From a bacterium (GTDB lineage: Bacteria > Electryoneota > Electryoneia > Electryoneales > Electryoneaceae), in the NCBI GenBank assembly GCA_963669175.1, contig OY769902.1, positions 4,800,001-4,864,000 of the forward strand: a stretch of 64,000 nucleotides of DNA, read 5' to 3'. The notes beneath the pieces were generated by a model, which was not told the origin of the DNA, ran no database searches, and saw only the letters and a list, made by a program, of their open reading frames with translations. Shown here piece after piece: positions 61,875-64,000 of this stretch (position 1 is the first letter of the stretch; every line of letters begins with the position of its first letter). The position numbers were made by a program, and so were the translations under genes.

Positions 61875-64000
61875 CTAAAACTTGTACGTGTACCTGAGCA
61901 TCATGGTCAGGTCATCACGTTTGAACGACGGTATCGGTTGCGCGAAAGTGACCGTGGTCGTTCCATCCGTATTGGTAACCGTTTCCGATTGCGAACTGAA
62001 TTCCGCGCCATTCCAATACCTTACCCGGTTGGCTTCCGTATAGGCTGACATGCTGACATCCGCCCGTACCAAGTGGTTGGGCATAAATTCCCATTCCACA
62101 CCGCCGATCCAGTCAATTCTCTGGAAATCGAGCAGCAGGTCTTTCGGAGTGGTCAGGTTCAGCGAGTCAATCTGGGCAGCCAGGGTCGGGTCGGTGATGT
62201 CATAACCTTCACGTTCCAGCAATTCCTGCGGACTGTACGGACTGTAGTTCCTTGTACCGACGCCATGAGTCAAACGTGGTCCGACAAACGGGCGCAGGGT
62301 ATTGTTCATGAAGTTGAATTGCAGTCGCAGGTTGAAGGCGTCATACCCGATATCGGTCAAGCCGTCCTGCCCCTGCTGGTTCACTCGGGAATAATAAACC
62401 GTGCTGATGATCGGCAGATCATAGAACGAACTCCTGAATGACAGGTTGTAGTTCTGCTGATCGCTTTGGTTCAGATCGTTGAATTTATCTTCTTTCATGG
62501 ATTGCACGACTTGCAGGGTGAATTCATTGTTGGCGCCAAACATGGCCCGGTTATAGGTCAGGTTTCCCGAATAACGATTCTCGGTATAGTCCTTCCTGTC
62601 ATCGATTTCCAGTGAATCTTCCGGGGCATCCGGATCGCCCTGGGCGATCCAGCGCTGTTCAGCATCGTTGGAGATATGGTCGTTTTGCCAATTGAACGAC
62701 AAATTGGGCAATGACGGATCAGAATAAATGTCAAACCCAAGGTTAAACCTCATTGAGGTCTTGGTGTTCTCATTGCCGCCAATCACGTTATCCCGGAAGA
62801 CATCAATGCCGCCTTTCAGGTGCAGCGCGCTGTCAAACAGCCGCCAGCGATCCCGCAAGCGGACACCTTCACGGTCCTGCGCGAGCGACGGCATGGCAAT
62901 TGATTTAAAGCTCTTGTTGATGCGATATACTTCCGCCTGGATATTGTGGTTGAAGTAACGCAGTCCCAACCGGGTTCTGAAAGACAATGAACGATCCAGA
63001 ACTGTACTCAACGCCTCGCCGAAATCACCAGCCTCATCGGTCAGTACCGGATCAAAATGCTGATTGATATAAATCAGATCCTGATATTGCCTGTAGGAAT
63101 CCATCACCGGATCAGAGATATCATCATTGTACAATGACATGGCAACTGCCGCGGACAGGGTCACTCGTCTGCGATCCGCGAAGGCTTTGAAATCCATACC
63201 TGCAACAAGATTGTCCTTGGGTTTGGTGCCGTAATCGATGGATGATTCATCATCCTTGGCTTTCATCACAGTCAAGCCAAGTGTAAAATATTTTGGGTGC
63301 TGCACATAGGTACGAAAAGCGCCCATCCAGCGACGGTATGTTCCTGAAGTCCAGGATGTATCAGCCATCAGCAGTGGGTTATTCGGGTCGCTCTCGTCGA
63401 TGTAATACGCGAGATACTGCCTTGGATCAACAGCCCTGCGTTGCTCACCATAGATAGCCTTCGCTCCGAAATACTGACCGTTGTAGGCCATTTCCATACC
63501 ACGCGTTCTGCGTCCCCACAGAACCAACTCATTATACATGGGATTGACATCACCCAATTGCAGGGTAACATCTTTGTACTGTACGCTCCCGTGGAAACGA
63601 TGCTGCGGTTGCAGTCGTTTATTCTCTTCGCTGGATATTGTGGTTCTCGCGGAAAACTTCCAATCCCCTCTACGCGCCCCGATTGCAGCCGTTTCCCTGG
63701 CAATGCGAAGCAGATCGTCGTTGACATTCTGGTAAATCAGTTCAACACCGGCGCGCCCGCTTACCTCAGTCCATTCAGTTTTTACGGACGTTTTGCTTTT
63801 TGTCGTATAACTCCAGTTCAGAACGCTTCTTGCCGGTGAATCTGATGTAGCTTTCCGTTGAAGGACGATGTTATGGTTTCCTGATGTAGTCGTCTTCACC
63901 GGAAGAACAACCACTTCATTGGTGATCGTGGCTTCTGAAGTCCTGTCAACCCCATCGACCATTACCATCAGGTTGGCAGGGTTAATCTTGGTCTGACTTG
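61875..64000 (-). CDS. Large outer-membrane beta-barrel protein of unknown function (5' truncated by the window edge)
   Basis: Frame stays open from 63968 to the window end. Many amphipathic beta-strands, 'LQLGDVNPMYNELVLWGRRTRG', C-terminal YTYKF (Bam-type terminal Phe). Confidence 0.75.
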   Translation of the reverse strand, partial: SQTKINPANLMVMVDGVDRTSEATITNEVVVLPVKTTTSGNHNIVLQRKATSDSPARSVLNWSYTTKSKTSVKTEWTEVSGRAGVELIYQNVNDDLLRIARETAAIGARRGDWKFSARTTISSEENKRLQPQHRFHGSVQYKDVTLQLGDVNPMYNELVLWGRRTRGMEMAYNGQYFGAKAIYGEQRRAVDPRQYLAYYIDESDPNNPLLMADTSWTSGTYRRWMGAFRTYVQHPKYFTLGLTVMKAKDDESSIDYGTKPKDNLVAGMDFKAFADRRRVTLSAAVAMSLYNDDISDPVMDSYRQYQDLIYINQHFDPVLTDEAGDFGEALSTVLDRSLSFRTRLGLRYFNHNIQAEVYRINKSFKSIAMPSLAQDREGVRLRDRWRLFDSALHLKGGIDVFRDNVIGGNENTKTSMRFNLGFDIYSDPSLPNLSFNWQNDHISNDAEQRWIAQGDPDAPEDSLEIDDRKDYTENRYSGNLTYNRAMFGANNEFTLQVVQSMKEDKFNDLNQSDQQNYNLSFRSSFYDLPIISTVYYSRVNQQGQDGLTDIGYDAFNLRLQFNFMNNTLRPFVGPRLTHGVGTRNYSPYSPQELLEREGYDITDPTLAAQIDSLNLTTPKDLLLDFQRIDWIGGVEWEFMPNHLVRADVSMSAYTEANRVRYWNGAEFSSQSETVTNTDGTTTVTFAQPIPSFKRDDLTMMLRYTYKF

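Noticed and set aside
1-64000. tRNA, rRNA, transposase, integrase or defence-system genes
   Set aside because: None recognised by eye; the mobile elements present are all non-autonomous.

Overview
Bacterial window, probably from an FCB-superphylum lineage outside the well-studied Bacteroidota (inference from a T9SS C-terminal sorting domain plus DUF5723-, DUF4301- and DUF2582-type genes). The left ~26 kb holds a lipoprotein + DUF5723-like barrel pair, a DUF4301 protein, a small winged-helix protein, mfd, two hybrid sensor kinases, a deoxyhypusine-synthase-like protein, an FN3 lipoprotein, a membrane protein and an octaheme OTR-type cytochrome. Its intergenic spaces carry several non-coding repeat and mobile families: a 397-bp IS50/Tn5-ended MITE with a 10-bp target duplication and a nested REP-like inverted element, two copies of a ~330-bp MITE (one with an 8-bp TSD), and a ~140-bp structured repeat present as tandem doublets at two loci. 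The right ~38 kb is a minus-strand cluster of an outer-membrane barrel (5' truncated), an 11,593-aa T9SS-type secreted giant protein and an FN3/YVTN lipoprotein. By manual count the giant protein has 16 FG-GAP/VCBS beta-propellers and about 45 FN3-like modules. Five propellers appear grafted inside the first motif of an FN3 module. Four C-terminal FN3 modules carry unrelated disordered inserts that all end in (E/G)LDE, a candidate caspase-like processing code. Family assignments are from motif recognition, not database searches.
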